Assembly (NCBI GenBank): GCA_032718475.1
Contig: JAUCBJ010007429.1
Coordinates: forward strand, 1 to 41,661
Reading direction: 5' to 3'
DNA length: 41,661 bases
Source of the DNA: Nemertoderma westbladi
Taxonomy: Eukaryota; Animalia; Xenacoelomorpha
Position numbers and translations under genes: made by a program. This document shows, piece by piece, positions 14,137 through 25,500 of the stretch. Position 1 is the stretch's first letter. The number at the start of each line of letters is the position of its first letter. The notes below the pieces were generated by a model. That model made no database searches and was not told the DNA's origin. It saw only the letters and a program-made list of their open reading frames with translations.

Positions 14137-14780
14137 TTTTTCGTGCGGGCACCAAAAGTGGGTGCAGCATTAAATTGTCAAAATTATTTGTTTAAAAATA
14201 TTCATTTTATGTAAATTATATTATAGCAATTATTATAGAAGGGGGGGTGGGGGACTGAACGCATATCTCATCTCTGATATATATCATTTCGGGCATACTG
14301 AAATAAAATAACTTATTCTAAGCAGGGTCAATAGTAATGGGAAGGAAGGGTCTGGGTTGAATGAATAGTTGAATAATTGCTGATGCTGACTATAACAGTG
14401 ATGTTGATAATTTGGTATAGGTTTTCTTGTCTGCAGGATAGATTTATTGATGGAGCTGCAAGCTACAACTTCTAAATATATTTCTTACCGGTTATTATGT
14501 ACATTATGTATACATTGATATGACCAGTGTTTGTCTGTGGAAACTGTAGTACACGTACTACAACTATAACTCATATAATATGTTATCTCCTCCCTATCTT
14601 TGACAATATTTATAAAAAAGAGACTTTGCGTTACTCGGATGAACTCCAATTACAATTGCATTCACAATCTCAGAAAACCTATAAATCACAGGAATATAGG
14701 TCATACAATGAATATTAAAAAAAGAAAATTTGAAAATTTCAAGCAGCGGATGCACCCAATTTTGGTTCCCGCATGAAAAA
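14137..14780. repeat. 30-bp inverted repeat pair, likely within a decayed TIR element ending ...GGGGTAGAAATGG-TTAA at ~15003
   Basis: 14137-14166 vs the reverse complement of 14751-14780: 27/30 identical. Confidence 0.6.
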
Positions 14781-15007
14781 TATCTGTTAGACCTACGAAC
14801 TAAACATTAGATATATATTGTACTCAACTCCACATCCAAAAAAGCTATATAGAAGTTTTTTTCATTTGAAAGAGGAATAAATTTGAGGAAAGGTCAACTA
14901 GTTTCAAGATCATATCTCTAAACCGTTAGAAATGACAGCGGCTTTTATAATGGACTGGGCAGATCCCCCCCCCCCCCCCCCCCCCCCCGGGGGGTAGAAA
15001 TGGTTAA

Positions 15008-15494
15008 AGATGTTGAAGGCCGCCACCCGATGGTAAAGTTCAAATAGAACGATAGAAAGATATGGACCTGTTGAAAAATTAACGCTGGGACCGGGATTCG
15101 AACCAGGGACAAGCGGGTGTCGGCCTGAGCGATCTTTAATATCCCCGCTTTAACATCTTTATCTTACTTTCTAGAAAACTGCAGTTTGGCCGCTGTTATC
15201 ACTGGGATATGCAAAGCCAACTATTAGTTGAGGCTTTCCCTGGAAATAGACTTGTTGAATTATTTGCTCTGGAGCTTGGATAGCTCAAAGTAAGAGCTAT
15301 CACACGGTTAGTGAAGAGGTCCCTTGTTCGAATCCCTGTCCCAGCGTTTATAACAACAAAGGAGATTAAATATTAAAGATGTTGAAGGCCGACACCTGCT
15401 GGTCCCTGGTTCGAATCCCGGTCCCAGCGTTATTTTTTCAACAGGTCCATATCTTTCTACGGTTCTATTTGAACTTTATCAGCCTTTAACATCT
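15008..15494. mobile_element. TTAA-flanked composite foldback element with tRNA-derived ~125-bp inverted arms
   Basis: TTAA at 15004-15007 and 15495-15498. Termini are AGATGTTGAAGGC / GCCTTTAACATCT. Arms ~15004-15140 and ~15371-15498 are reverse complements and contain GGTTCGAATCCCGGTCCCAGCG (B box/T-arm plus acceptor 3' strand). Confidence 0.75.
15274..15346 (+). pseudogene. Degenerate tRNA-like sequence (GGT in anticodon position, Thr-like); tRNA pseudogene or SINE head
   Basis: 73 nt. Acceptor GCTTGGA/TCCCAGC; D arm GCTC-AAAGTAA-GAGC (A box TAGCTCAA); anticodon arm TCAC-ACGGTTA-GTGA; GTTCGAATCC B box. It has stem mismatches and no U33. Confidence 0.65.
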
Positions 15495-15828
15495 TTAATT
15501 ATTATGGTTATGTTGACATAAGACAACTCATGGGCTATTTAGACGCCAAGGTTTTGGAGGAGTGATTACAATTTAATTAACTGTTATGAAAATATATTTT
15601 CAAACTTTAAGTGATTTATTTAACCAACCAGCCCCAAAACTTACACAAAAATAATATCTAACTAAAAATTACTGAACGTAATTAAAATATGTTTATACCG
15701 GGGTATCAACAATAATAAATTTATATAAGGCGAAACAATTTAATTGATGATTACATTAACTCTGTTGAATTATTTAATACAGATAGTATTACATAAATCG
15801 ATTATTGATTACTTCAAATTATTTCATT

Positions 15829-17721
15829 TTATTTTAATTCCTGTTGTATGCTATGGATTCTCATCTGCAATCTGTGATCGAAATCGTATTTATTAAACTT
15901 TGTTTTAACAATATTAATTAATCGTTTTCCCTCAACCTTATCCGTCTGTAGCCGAATCATAGCGAGCTCCAATCCCGCATATGCCTGACAGTATGTGTCG
16001 CCGTACGACTCGCAGCTCTGACACATAGACAACAGCTGAACAGCCTCGTCCCGTCGCCCCAAACACTCGGCAGCCATCCCCTGGACCAACAAGTTCACAG
16101 CCATGAACTCCATACGGGAATACCGGTTGCAAAAACCGTAGATTGACGTCATTAGTGCCGAATCTCTCAGCGGTAAACTCTTCCACAAGTACAATAACTC
16201 GAGAATTCCTAAGGAATAATCTTCTGAGGTTAGAACTCCTTTTAACGCCGATAATTTTATCGCTTTTCTCGCCACAAAAGCGTCTAATTCGTTGCTGTTT
16301 TTCTTTGTGGCTAATTTCGGTACTTTTGCCAACAAGTTTTGAGTATCCGCAAGTTTATCTGCGTCGCATACCATCGTAGATTCAATCGGCCCACTGCCAG
16401 TTAACAACGCAACCACGTAAATATAGTAACAGAGACTCCATTTCGATTCGCGACGCAGCTTTTGGAAGGGGAGCAAGGCCTCATCCCACTCGAGTAACAT
16501 CATCCGCAACCAGCCGCACTCGTATAGGCACACAAGTCGCACCTCGCGCTGCGTTGTCGCGTCCGAAACGGCGCGTTCGTACAACGCCAACGCGTCGCGC
16601 AGCTCCCCGCGGAGTCGAGACAAACGGCCCCGGAAGTAGAGATACAAACCGGAGTCGTGGCAATGGGAATCCTTCCGATCGATAATCCGGGAGGCCTCGG
16701 AGATGTCCGCCGCCGAGCTGTCGGGAGAGAAGAACGGCCGGATAACGGTGTGGAACCAGAGGAGGGCGAGGGCAGCTATGGGCGCCTTCATGTCGCCGCT
16801 GTGGGAGGCGTTATGGAGGGCGGAAAGACCGCGATCTCGATTACCTTCGAAGCCAAAGAAATTAAATATCTTCAGCAAATTCGGTGGAATTATAGAGATG
16901 CAAAGATTGAAGATGCCGAATCCGAAAGATACCGAACCTCTGAGACGTAAGAGTGTGGTGGTCGATATGTCCTCTGTTAGAGCGGGGAGTGAGGGGCTGC
17001 GACGTCCGAATGTTCTAGAATCCTGAGTCTCTTCATCGAGCGCAACATCGAACACCGCTTCTTCATTAGGGGCTTCCTCATCAAATCCTTCCGAATTTTG
17101 TGGAATTAAATCAGGTCGGGAAATATTCTCAGATTCTCTCGGAAAATCACCAGCGCGAGTGGCTGGGTTTAAGTTCCAGGCGGCGGGATCTGCTCGCGCT
17201 CTTTCGTCGCAAAGTTTGCCAATCTCCCTGTAGAGTTTAGCGTAAAGTTTCCAGGACTTTCTTAGCAGCCATCCTCCTTTCATATAGCTGCGCAAGTCCT
17301 GCTTCATAAAGGTTAGTATCGCCATGTATAAATAACAATCAGCGATTATAATCTGTCGCTGAAGAACTTCGTCTAAACTCATAACCCAAGAGTGCTGGTT
17401 GTTTTTATTTTCTATGCGAACCAGCTTAGGTTTTTTCTCAAACACAGATTTTCCTTCGGTTTCGGCACACTGCTTTATTGTGATTTTTAGGTCTTTAAGC
17501 GCGGCATCCATGTGGTCTGCTTCGTTGGTCATCGAACTGTTCAAAAATGTCATGAATGAATAACCCGCCGACAATAAAGGTGAATATGTTTTCTTCTGGT
17601 CGAATATCGCATTGCCATGAGTGAAGCCGTTGTTAATCATATGAATGACTCCGTTTAGAGATACATGAACATCGTCATCTTCGGAGCCATCCAAAACGCA
17701 TTCTTGCATCGATTCAGCCAT
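15829..17721 (-). CDS. TTC39C: Tetratricopeptide repeat protein 39C (Iml2/TTC39 family), intronless, ~630 aa from the first ATG
   Basis: Motifs QRQIIIADCYLYMAILTF..Q.L..Y.KGGW.LRKSWK.Y, RLRGSVSFGFGIFNLCIS..PP.LLK, GFEGNR..GL, DMKAPIA.LALLWFHTV.RPFF, ES.WS.CYY.Y and YDF..RL..RIH match TTC39C as I recall it. The ORF track start at 17778 is GTG; the first ATG is at 17721. Confidence 0.9.
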   Translation of the reverse strand: MAESMQECVLDGSEDDDVHVSLNGVIHMINNGFTHGNAIFDQKKTYSPLLSAGYSFMTFLNSSMTNEADHMDAALKDLKITIKQCAETEGKSVFEKKPKLVRIENKNNQHSWVMSLDEVLQRQIIIADCYLYMAILTFMKQDLRSYMKGGWLLRKSWKLYAKLYREIGKLCDERARADPAAWNLNPATRAGDFPRESENISRPDLIPQNSEGFDEEAPNEEAVFDVALDEETQDSRTFGRRSPSLPALTEDISTTTLLRLRGSVSFGFGIFNLCISIIPPNLLKIFNFFGFEGNRDRGLSALHNASHSGDMKAPIAALALLWFHTVIRPFFSPDSSAADISEASRIIDRKDSHCHDSGLYLYFRGRLSRLRGELRDALALYERAVSDATTQREVRLVCLYECGWLRMMLLEWDEALLPFQKLRRESKWSLCYYIYVVALLTGSGPIESTMVCDADKLADTQNLLAKVPKLATKKNSNELDAFVARKAIKLSALKGVLTSEDYSLGILELLYLWKSLPLRDSALMTSIYGFCNRYSRMEFMAVNLLVQGMAAECLGRRDEAVQLLSMCQSCESYGDTYCQAYAGLELAMIRLQTDKVEGKRLINIVKTKFNKYDFDHRLQMRIHSIQQELK

Positions 17722-19588
17722 ATCAAATACCAGTATAGCAGTATACACGCCGATAGGCCTACTGCTGTACTGGTACACTGATATCTAGCTCAACAGCAAA
17801 CAGTTTAGTCTTGTACGGTTAAGAATAATTATAAACTTAGTCCAATAGACTTCTGAATCGATATCCAAATCTAGGCATACTGTAACATACTACAATTCAC
17901 TGATTCAAGGATACAAACACTTCCTTAAATACGTCAATGTCACTTTTGGTCAAAGTAATGTGATATGTTGAAGATTTATACTGTAGGTACGTTTCGGCCT
18001 ATCAGGCCTCTTCAGGAGAGCGAGCTAACCAGTTCAGCAACATGCTCCTGACACTTGCACTCCTATCTAATCCGCACTTATACAATGTAATACAGCCGCC
18101 GCGCCGGTGCGTAAACCGGATAATAATAAAATAATACGATGCTTATAATTGGTTCAGTATGACACTTGGCACGTATAGTAGTAACTATGACTGTACCATT
18201 ACATTCGTCTTAGCGGAAGACCAATCAGTCTATACCGCTGCAAAGTATTATAGACAAAATAAAAATAATATTAAATATAATTATTTGCCATTTGGATATA
18301 AAAATACTTCAAACTACTGTAGTATCATATCTAGAATATACCACGTTGTACTTTTCTTTATTACGTTACGAACCTACCTACTGTATATAGGCGGGGTAAC
18401 TATTTTCTCTCTATTTACATAGGCCTATCGATCCATCTGTCATAAATCAGCAGGTATTCGCAGAGTTTCGAGACTTCGCAAAGCTATAAAGGTCGTCAGA
18501 TGCGTAGAGTGAAAATATTTATGACAAAACAGGACGATCACAACGAAGATTATAATGAAGACGAGTACTGCGTTGAATATATTCCTATAAACCACCTGGT
18601 TTCGAATATTATTGAACACAATAAACCACATTTAGTTTAGTACCGGTAGTGGAATGTTGTAAGCTGCACTTTCGTGATAGAGGGGGGACTGGATGCAATA
18701 AAAATTCATCCCTATCCAGGGGAAATTCGACGCAAATAACAGCTGATTATTCTCAAAATTAAAACTGTAGCCTGTTCTATTATGACCAGTTTATTGCTTT
18801 GGTTAAAATAACGTGCCACTGTAACCTGCTCCTTTCCCTAAATTGATAATTTAACATCGAGGTGGGATATTAATTCGCCAAGGCGGGTTTTGCGTCCAGT
18901 TTCCCCCCCTGTCTCCTTTCGTGACGATATGTACAGGACGAGCGCAATGAATACAGCTTGTAATAGAGACGAGTTGCTGGAGTTCGTATTTGTAGTGGCT
19001 TTCCGGGGAGGGGAGGGGGGGGGGGGGGCAACTCACCCCGGGCGAGGAGTAAGAAGAGTACGAGGGGGGGGGGGGGGGGGGGGATTCGCGGATTCAGTAT
19101 AGGGGTGCGGGGAACTGCGCATAAATGGCGTCGAGTTGCTGGAGTATTGTGAAGATAGAATGATATATATACATTTACCTACTACCTGGCATTGCACAAT
19201 TCTGTTGTGTGACGCTAGTTGGCGCTACATATTTAAAGCATTATGTCAGTTTCGGGCGTTGGGCAATACGACGCTACTACTTCCGTAGATGACTTCGGTA
19301 GATGTCGCGATTTTGTACTGGTGGGGGGGGGGGGGGGGGGGGGTGTCTTTACACGCTGCCCTCGTGGCGTTTATAGTTATAAGTTATATATAAACCAGAT
19401 ATTTTATAATATATACTTCTCACCAATAGTCATGATCAATTATAATGTTTCAATATCAACAATGTCAATTCTTCCCCCACTGCCATAACAAATCACAATA
19501 TTATACTATATCATTAAAATATCGGCAGGCCGGTATAATAAAAATGAGACTCTATTTAAAATAACAGAAAACAAAGCTATTAATGTAA

Positions 19589-22500
19589 TTAACCATCTCC
19601 AACTAATTGTTTAGCCCTACCAACCACTCTACTACCCTTTAGTTTCTTTTTAAATGCTTCCCTCCTCGCCTTTTTTCGAATTTTCGTTTGTTGATGTTTT
19701 CTAATCTTGCGAGCGGCGTATTGCTGAGGGTCAGTTACCGCGGCTACCGCAAGTTTACGTTTCCGCGACTCCCTATTGGTTGCCAGTTTATGCTTCACGA
19801 CCAATAGAATCTCAGAGAACTCGTCAACACCCAACGTATTCTTTATTAATTCTAGAATTTCTTTAGCCATGTCCCGACACTCTACAGGACTGGCTCGGTC
19901 ATTAACCTCTCGAAACAAGGGGGTCAGGAATTGCTTAGCATTGCTTAGCAACTGCTGGGATTCCATGGTAACAGTCATAGCGGCGATCCATTTAAACACG
20001 GTAACCCTGCGCTCGTGTTTCAAGGGAAATCGCGAAACTTCATAGTGGCAAATTCGGGTCAGTTTATCGGTTAACCAAGGCAACGCCTCGAGTGAGCCGT
20101 TTGAATGCTCGACTCGGACATCGAGAACGATCATAATCTTAGCGATGTAAACCAAATCCTTCACAATTTCCTCGCTGAACGCAACGGCTAAATCCTCTGT
20201 ATTTACAAGTTGAGCGAGTTTGTGGGCGATTCGTTGGAGGGTCGAACTGTCCGACAGATAGGCTGGAAGATTGTCCGGTCTGTCCGGCGGGTAAGCCGAG
20301 AACAAAAGTCCGTATAGTTGCGCGCATACCCGTCGCACCCACGAGTGATTGTGACTCAACAAAGTCTCGATAAAATCCCGCCAGAACTCCGACAGTTTAA
20401 CAACCCAATGTCGATCCGCTAAAATGGAAGGACAAGCTTTAAATGATTTAAACGCAGACAACAAGTGGTTGTAAATAAGCATATCATTACTTTCACAATC
20501 CATATTCGGTACATATAACTGCAGTTTATACATTGCTGCATGTAGGAATTTAGGAAACCGTTTCAAAAATAAATTCGATTCAACATCAGCAAAAACTCCA
20601 AAGAGAATAACAGCTATGAGGTTTAATTCAGGTTTTGAATCAGAATGCCACTGTTGGCATAAACTGTACAACTGATCCACAGAAACGGGAGTCAGTTTCT
20701 GAAGGAGATATTTAATCACACGAGTCGCCATTTTCCTACATTTAATCGATTCGTCGTTAGCCAAAACCAAAGCCAATGGTAGGAAAAAAAACCCCGCGTA
20801 TTCCTCGCGCTGTTTAATATTTAAATTCGTGATTAACATGAACACCATCTCTAGCGCAGATAGCCGCCCAGTCTCATGCTCATACTGGAGATTCGACACA
20901 TAGAACTCCAGATGGGATTTAAACTTTTTGCCGAGTGGGTAGTCAAGAAGATAAATTGTATGTACTGATCTCGATTGGGCCCTAACCCCAACAATCTCAG
21001 ACTTTATGGCTAGGGTGGAAACCATTTTTATGAGAGGCTCTAATTCCGGAGCCCTTAATTTGCGACTGACGATGGCCTTTAATAGCTCAAAGCCCATAGA
21101 TTGTCGCTCAGAGTCCTGCAGGTCCACCTCTATATAGCCTAGAAGCACAGTGAGATGCTCTGTGCTCATTTCGTAATCCTTGTACTCTCTGATCACGATA
21201 CTGAGAGCTTTAAATACTGTATGAACTAGTTCAATGTTGTCGCCTTTAACTCCAGCTAAACTTGTGTATCTGCTTAATATAAGAAATAATCGCTTCACAA
21301 CATCATCCATTAACCTTTGCAAAGTTGGCAAATCAAATCGCAACATCCGTAATAAACATTTCAGAGACAAGGAAAGAACTTTAACATGCGAAGATGTTTT
21401 GAGAAGGCCGTCTATTACTTCAACAAAAGGAAGAATTTGATGACAAACTGCATTATCATTAGGATTTAGTTTGTTGTTCTTAAATAATCCATGGAACAAT
21501 GCCAAAACAAAGCTCACTACAACGTGGCTATTCGATGTTTTATGGACAGTTATTGATGGAACAGTCCTGCAAGGGGCTTCTGGAATAATATATATACTGG
21601 GTCTCACCAAAGACAGTTTAGCACTACCTCCATCACTCACAGTCGTTTGATTGTTCTGCATCACAGTATTAACATCTGACAAATTATTACGAATAAACAC
21701 TAACAGATACTCAACTTCCAAATAAGGATTTACTAGTAATCCATTAGTGAGACATTTAAACACACTGGTTATCGTTTGCATTTCATCTTTGTTTGAAGAC
21801 GCTATAATTCGCTGTTTCAATGGACTAACCAATTTATCTAAATCTCCAGGGCCAATACACTTTCCCAAAACAGAGTATGAATTTAAACCTTTCTTACTTT
21901 TACATTCAATGGCCCTGCGATGGGATAATTCAAGAACATCTTTCTCTTTGCCTATATCACCAAACAATTCATTCGCGAGAATTTGCTGCAATGCACTGAG
22001 ACAAGGACTGATGTGTTTTGGTTCCACTTGTTTTCCCAATGCATGAATAATGGTGTTTGCAGTGTACCCTAATACATGCAACTGATATCCACGAACTAAC
22101 ACTGATTGTAACTCATCCAGTACCATGCACAGCTTGGATGGCCCAGCTCGCACTAACACCTGTGTCAAAGAATCACGTGCAGTATTCCTTACATATTGAA
22201 CATGACTCTTTAAGGAGCAAACGATCTTATTAACAATTCTTCGAAGCCACACATCAAGAAGCACTGCTGGTAACTCGCACAACAGCTTCACCATGGCAAC
22301 AGCCAATGGGAGTCGAACCATTTGCTCATCACTGGTAGAGTCCTTTGAAGCATGCTTGCTACGTTCATCCGAGGAGAGTGGACGAGTTAAACATGAATAG
22401 AGACGTGGGAGAATTGTCAAAACAATATTGTTAACTATATTATAATTGTGCTGTTTATGAAACGTATTCTCATCTTTATCTATATTAATATTGTCTGTCG

Positions 22501-25500
22501 CAAGTTCAGTAATGGCATTATCTGTGAAGTGTAAGGAATTCACAGTCAAGCCAGTATCTAACTGATACTCAGGGACCAAAGTAACACCAGAAACATCAAA
22601 AGAGAAACCTTCAACAACACATGCCAGAACACGAGCATAAAACTGAGTGTTGTAAGATGTAGATTTCAGCAGCATTGACAAACATATATTAAAGGTTTTT
22701 TGATATACAGACCAGGATTTATTGGCTTTCAGCAAGGCGGTCAAGCAAGCTAAACAATTGTGAATCAACCCTTCATCCCTATTGAGGGCTGGGTCTTGTA
22801 ACACAGCTAGAACCAATGGCACAAAGTACTTGCCAATATTGCAACTCGATATCAATTGCCCCTGGGATACTTCAATAAGTTTACGGAATGCACGCGACCG
22901 TCGGTGATGCTGGATGTGTTTGAGATTCTCTAAACAATCGGCCTCTATGTCTTCATGAAGTAAAGCCTGCAGCTCCTGGAAGTTTTCTTTCTCAGGGAAA
23001 CATCTTATTACTGACCGCAGTAACGAAATATAATGACATCGAATTCCATCTGATTTAAATCTGAGTCCCATTTCTATAGAGTGTAGGATGCAACGCTGAA
23101 ACACAAGCTGCCATGCAGCTGGTGGTATAGATATCCGTTTTAAAATTTCCAGCGTAGAGTTAATACTAGAAATCGAGTTGTCTAAGAGAGATATATCGGT
23201 ATTTGTGTTAATATAATAAAAACATGTATTCAAAATTGGTAATAAAGGAATTGGGTCATTGGGTAAATCACATTGTAGAAAATTGCGATAAGATTTGAAT
23301 CCTCTAAGACAAGCATCATAATTTATATCTTCAATGTGGTGTTCATCATACGTATTGATCTCTATGACAATGTAAGAAAGTTGTTTAAATATATTGCATC
23401 TTTCACCTATTTTTGACATTAATCTGCTAATAGATTTTCTCACCTCAGGCTTGTTTTCAACTAACAGCAGCCTAGAGATTGGTTCAATGCACGAAAATGG
23501 ATCAGAGAGCACAGCTATCTGATCTTTCAAGGTTTCAATTAAATTCATAGCAATGACGCTATTATTATTGCCAAATGGAAACCGATGTAAATATTCAAGG
23601 ATAATTGTTGATATGCAATCGGCATGGTGTTGGTTATTTGATTGTTTGGTTATAGAACTAACCAATTCCAAGCAATCTTTGACATATTCAAGATCTAACT
23701 TTGTGTTTTTGAATAAGCAAGCAATATGGGATGACAGGAAATCTAGGATCCTTGTTATATTGGATTTAATGAAAGAAATACACGGATTATCACTTGATTC
23801 TAGGTTCTCATGTAACCTGAATTGATTAAGTAGAATTTGTAAAACCATTTTGATACATGGTAGTTGAGAATTTACAGATGTTGCAACATTCATGATATGA
23901 TCGATAACAATTGAATTATCAACTGGAACATAGAAACAATTAACCATATTGGCATTGGAGCTAATCGAATACAGCATTCGCAGAAGAGCAGATGGAGACT
24001 GCATGCATTCTACCTTCAGTTTACTACATTGCGATAATAATGCGGCATTGACCATTGCATTCAATTCAGAAGTACCCAGTTGAATGTCACTGAATTTCTT
24101 AAAGAAATTAACTAATTTCAGTAAAGCAAGTGAACGAATCTTACGAATTATAGCATGAAACTTATTAGAGATAATGTTTCGATGATTCCAATAATTGTTA
24201 TAAAAGTAAACCTGAGTTATAAGAACTCTATATATAGTAAGAACATTTTCTTCTCCCAGAATAGATCCAAGAGATTCAGTGAGTTCATCAATTATGTTTA
24301 ACAAGCTTATCACCTTATGGAAGGGAATTGCTGAATGAAGGTTGTAATCTGGAAGAGTAAATTGGCCTTGAGTGTCAGATAAAATTGTAGTTAACTCTAG
24401 CGTGCCGATAAGTTCATGCATGAAGTTGGCCAATTCACTATGAGCAAGGCCAGCAAGGAAACGAATAATTAAACGCCTGCAACGGGAATTAAAAAGTCGG
24501 CCAATTAAAATCTTAGAAATGACAACAACAAATCCAGATCGATGGGATTCCTTAATTATTGTTGTTTCCTCATCCAAAGTAAACTGAGACAACTCTGTGT
24601 GAAATTTATGTTGATCTGTTAAGTTCTCAAGGATTCCACGATAGGGAACTAGATGCTCTGGTTTGAAAGTGAATAAACATTGTAATGCAAGTTGTTGTAT
24701 GTCACATGATTTATGTCCAATCAATTCAATGAAAATGTTGTAAATTGTCTTTGAATCTTTAAATTTGCGAGGTTTTGAGATTAATTTTAATGTCTTCAAC
24801 ACAGCACACATTGTATCTATAGGCTTATAACTAACATTGACGGTTTCCTCATTAGCATCATTAGCATCATCATCAATTAATACTGGTATGTCAGTACCAC
24901 ATGTTGTAGGCATTAGCAAATCAACAAATGTCAAGCTTCGCTTAAATTCGTTGGTATATAATCTTACAAAATAGGGTAACAATTGAACACGAAATATCCC
25001 TATATATAATGGATTTGAGGACAAAACGTTCCATAAAGAAATTCTAAATCTGCTCATCAAGTCGTCAGTATTAGAAGTCATATGAAAGTTTTCAAAATGC
25101 TGCTTGAATAAATTTCGAGCAGCAGCATAATTGTTTCTGGATTTTACCACCGGAGCTCTTGTTAAGGTGAAAATATCACCTGAAGTTGAAATATCAGTTG
25201 TTTTTTTTGCATACATTTTTACATTTTCGAAATGATTATGACAATAATCTAGGTATTTCATCATTGTCTCAGTATAAATTACTGACTTTTCAACAAATGA
25301 CACAATGAGCTTCTGAACTGGATCTCGTAGCAATGTAAAGTTAACATTAAGTTGCCCAATAAGGAAGATCAATGGTACCATTGCCAGTTCCTCATCTTTC
25401 ATTAGTTCTGAGGGAAGACGACAGCATTCTAATTTATGCAACCACAGCAACTGCGACCTGTATGATTGAAGTGAGACTCCAGATGATTCAGCTTCAAGGC

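Noticed and set aside
8759-14718. Short ORFs of 60-105 aa in the repeat mosaic
   Set aside because: They overlap satellite, minisatellite or MITE sequence, mostly have non-ATG starts, and show no recognisable motifs.
15274-15346. Functional tRNA-Thr gene
   Set aside because: Mismatched acceptor and T stems, no U33, and embedded in a repeat. Reported as a pseudogene instead.
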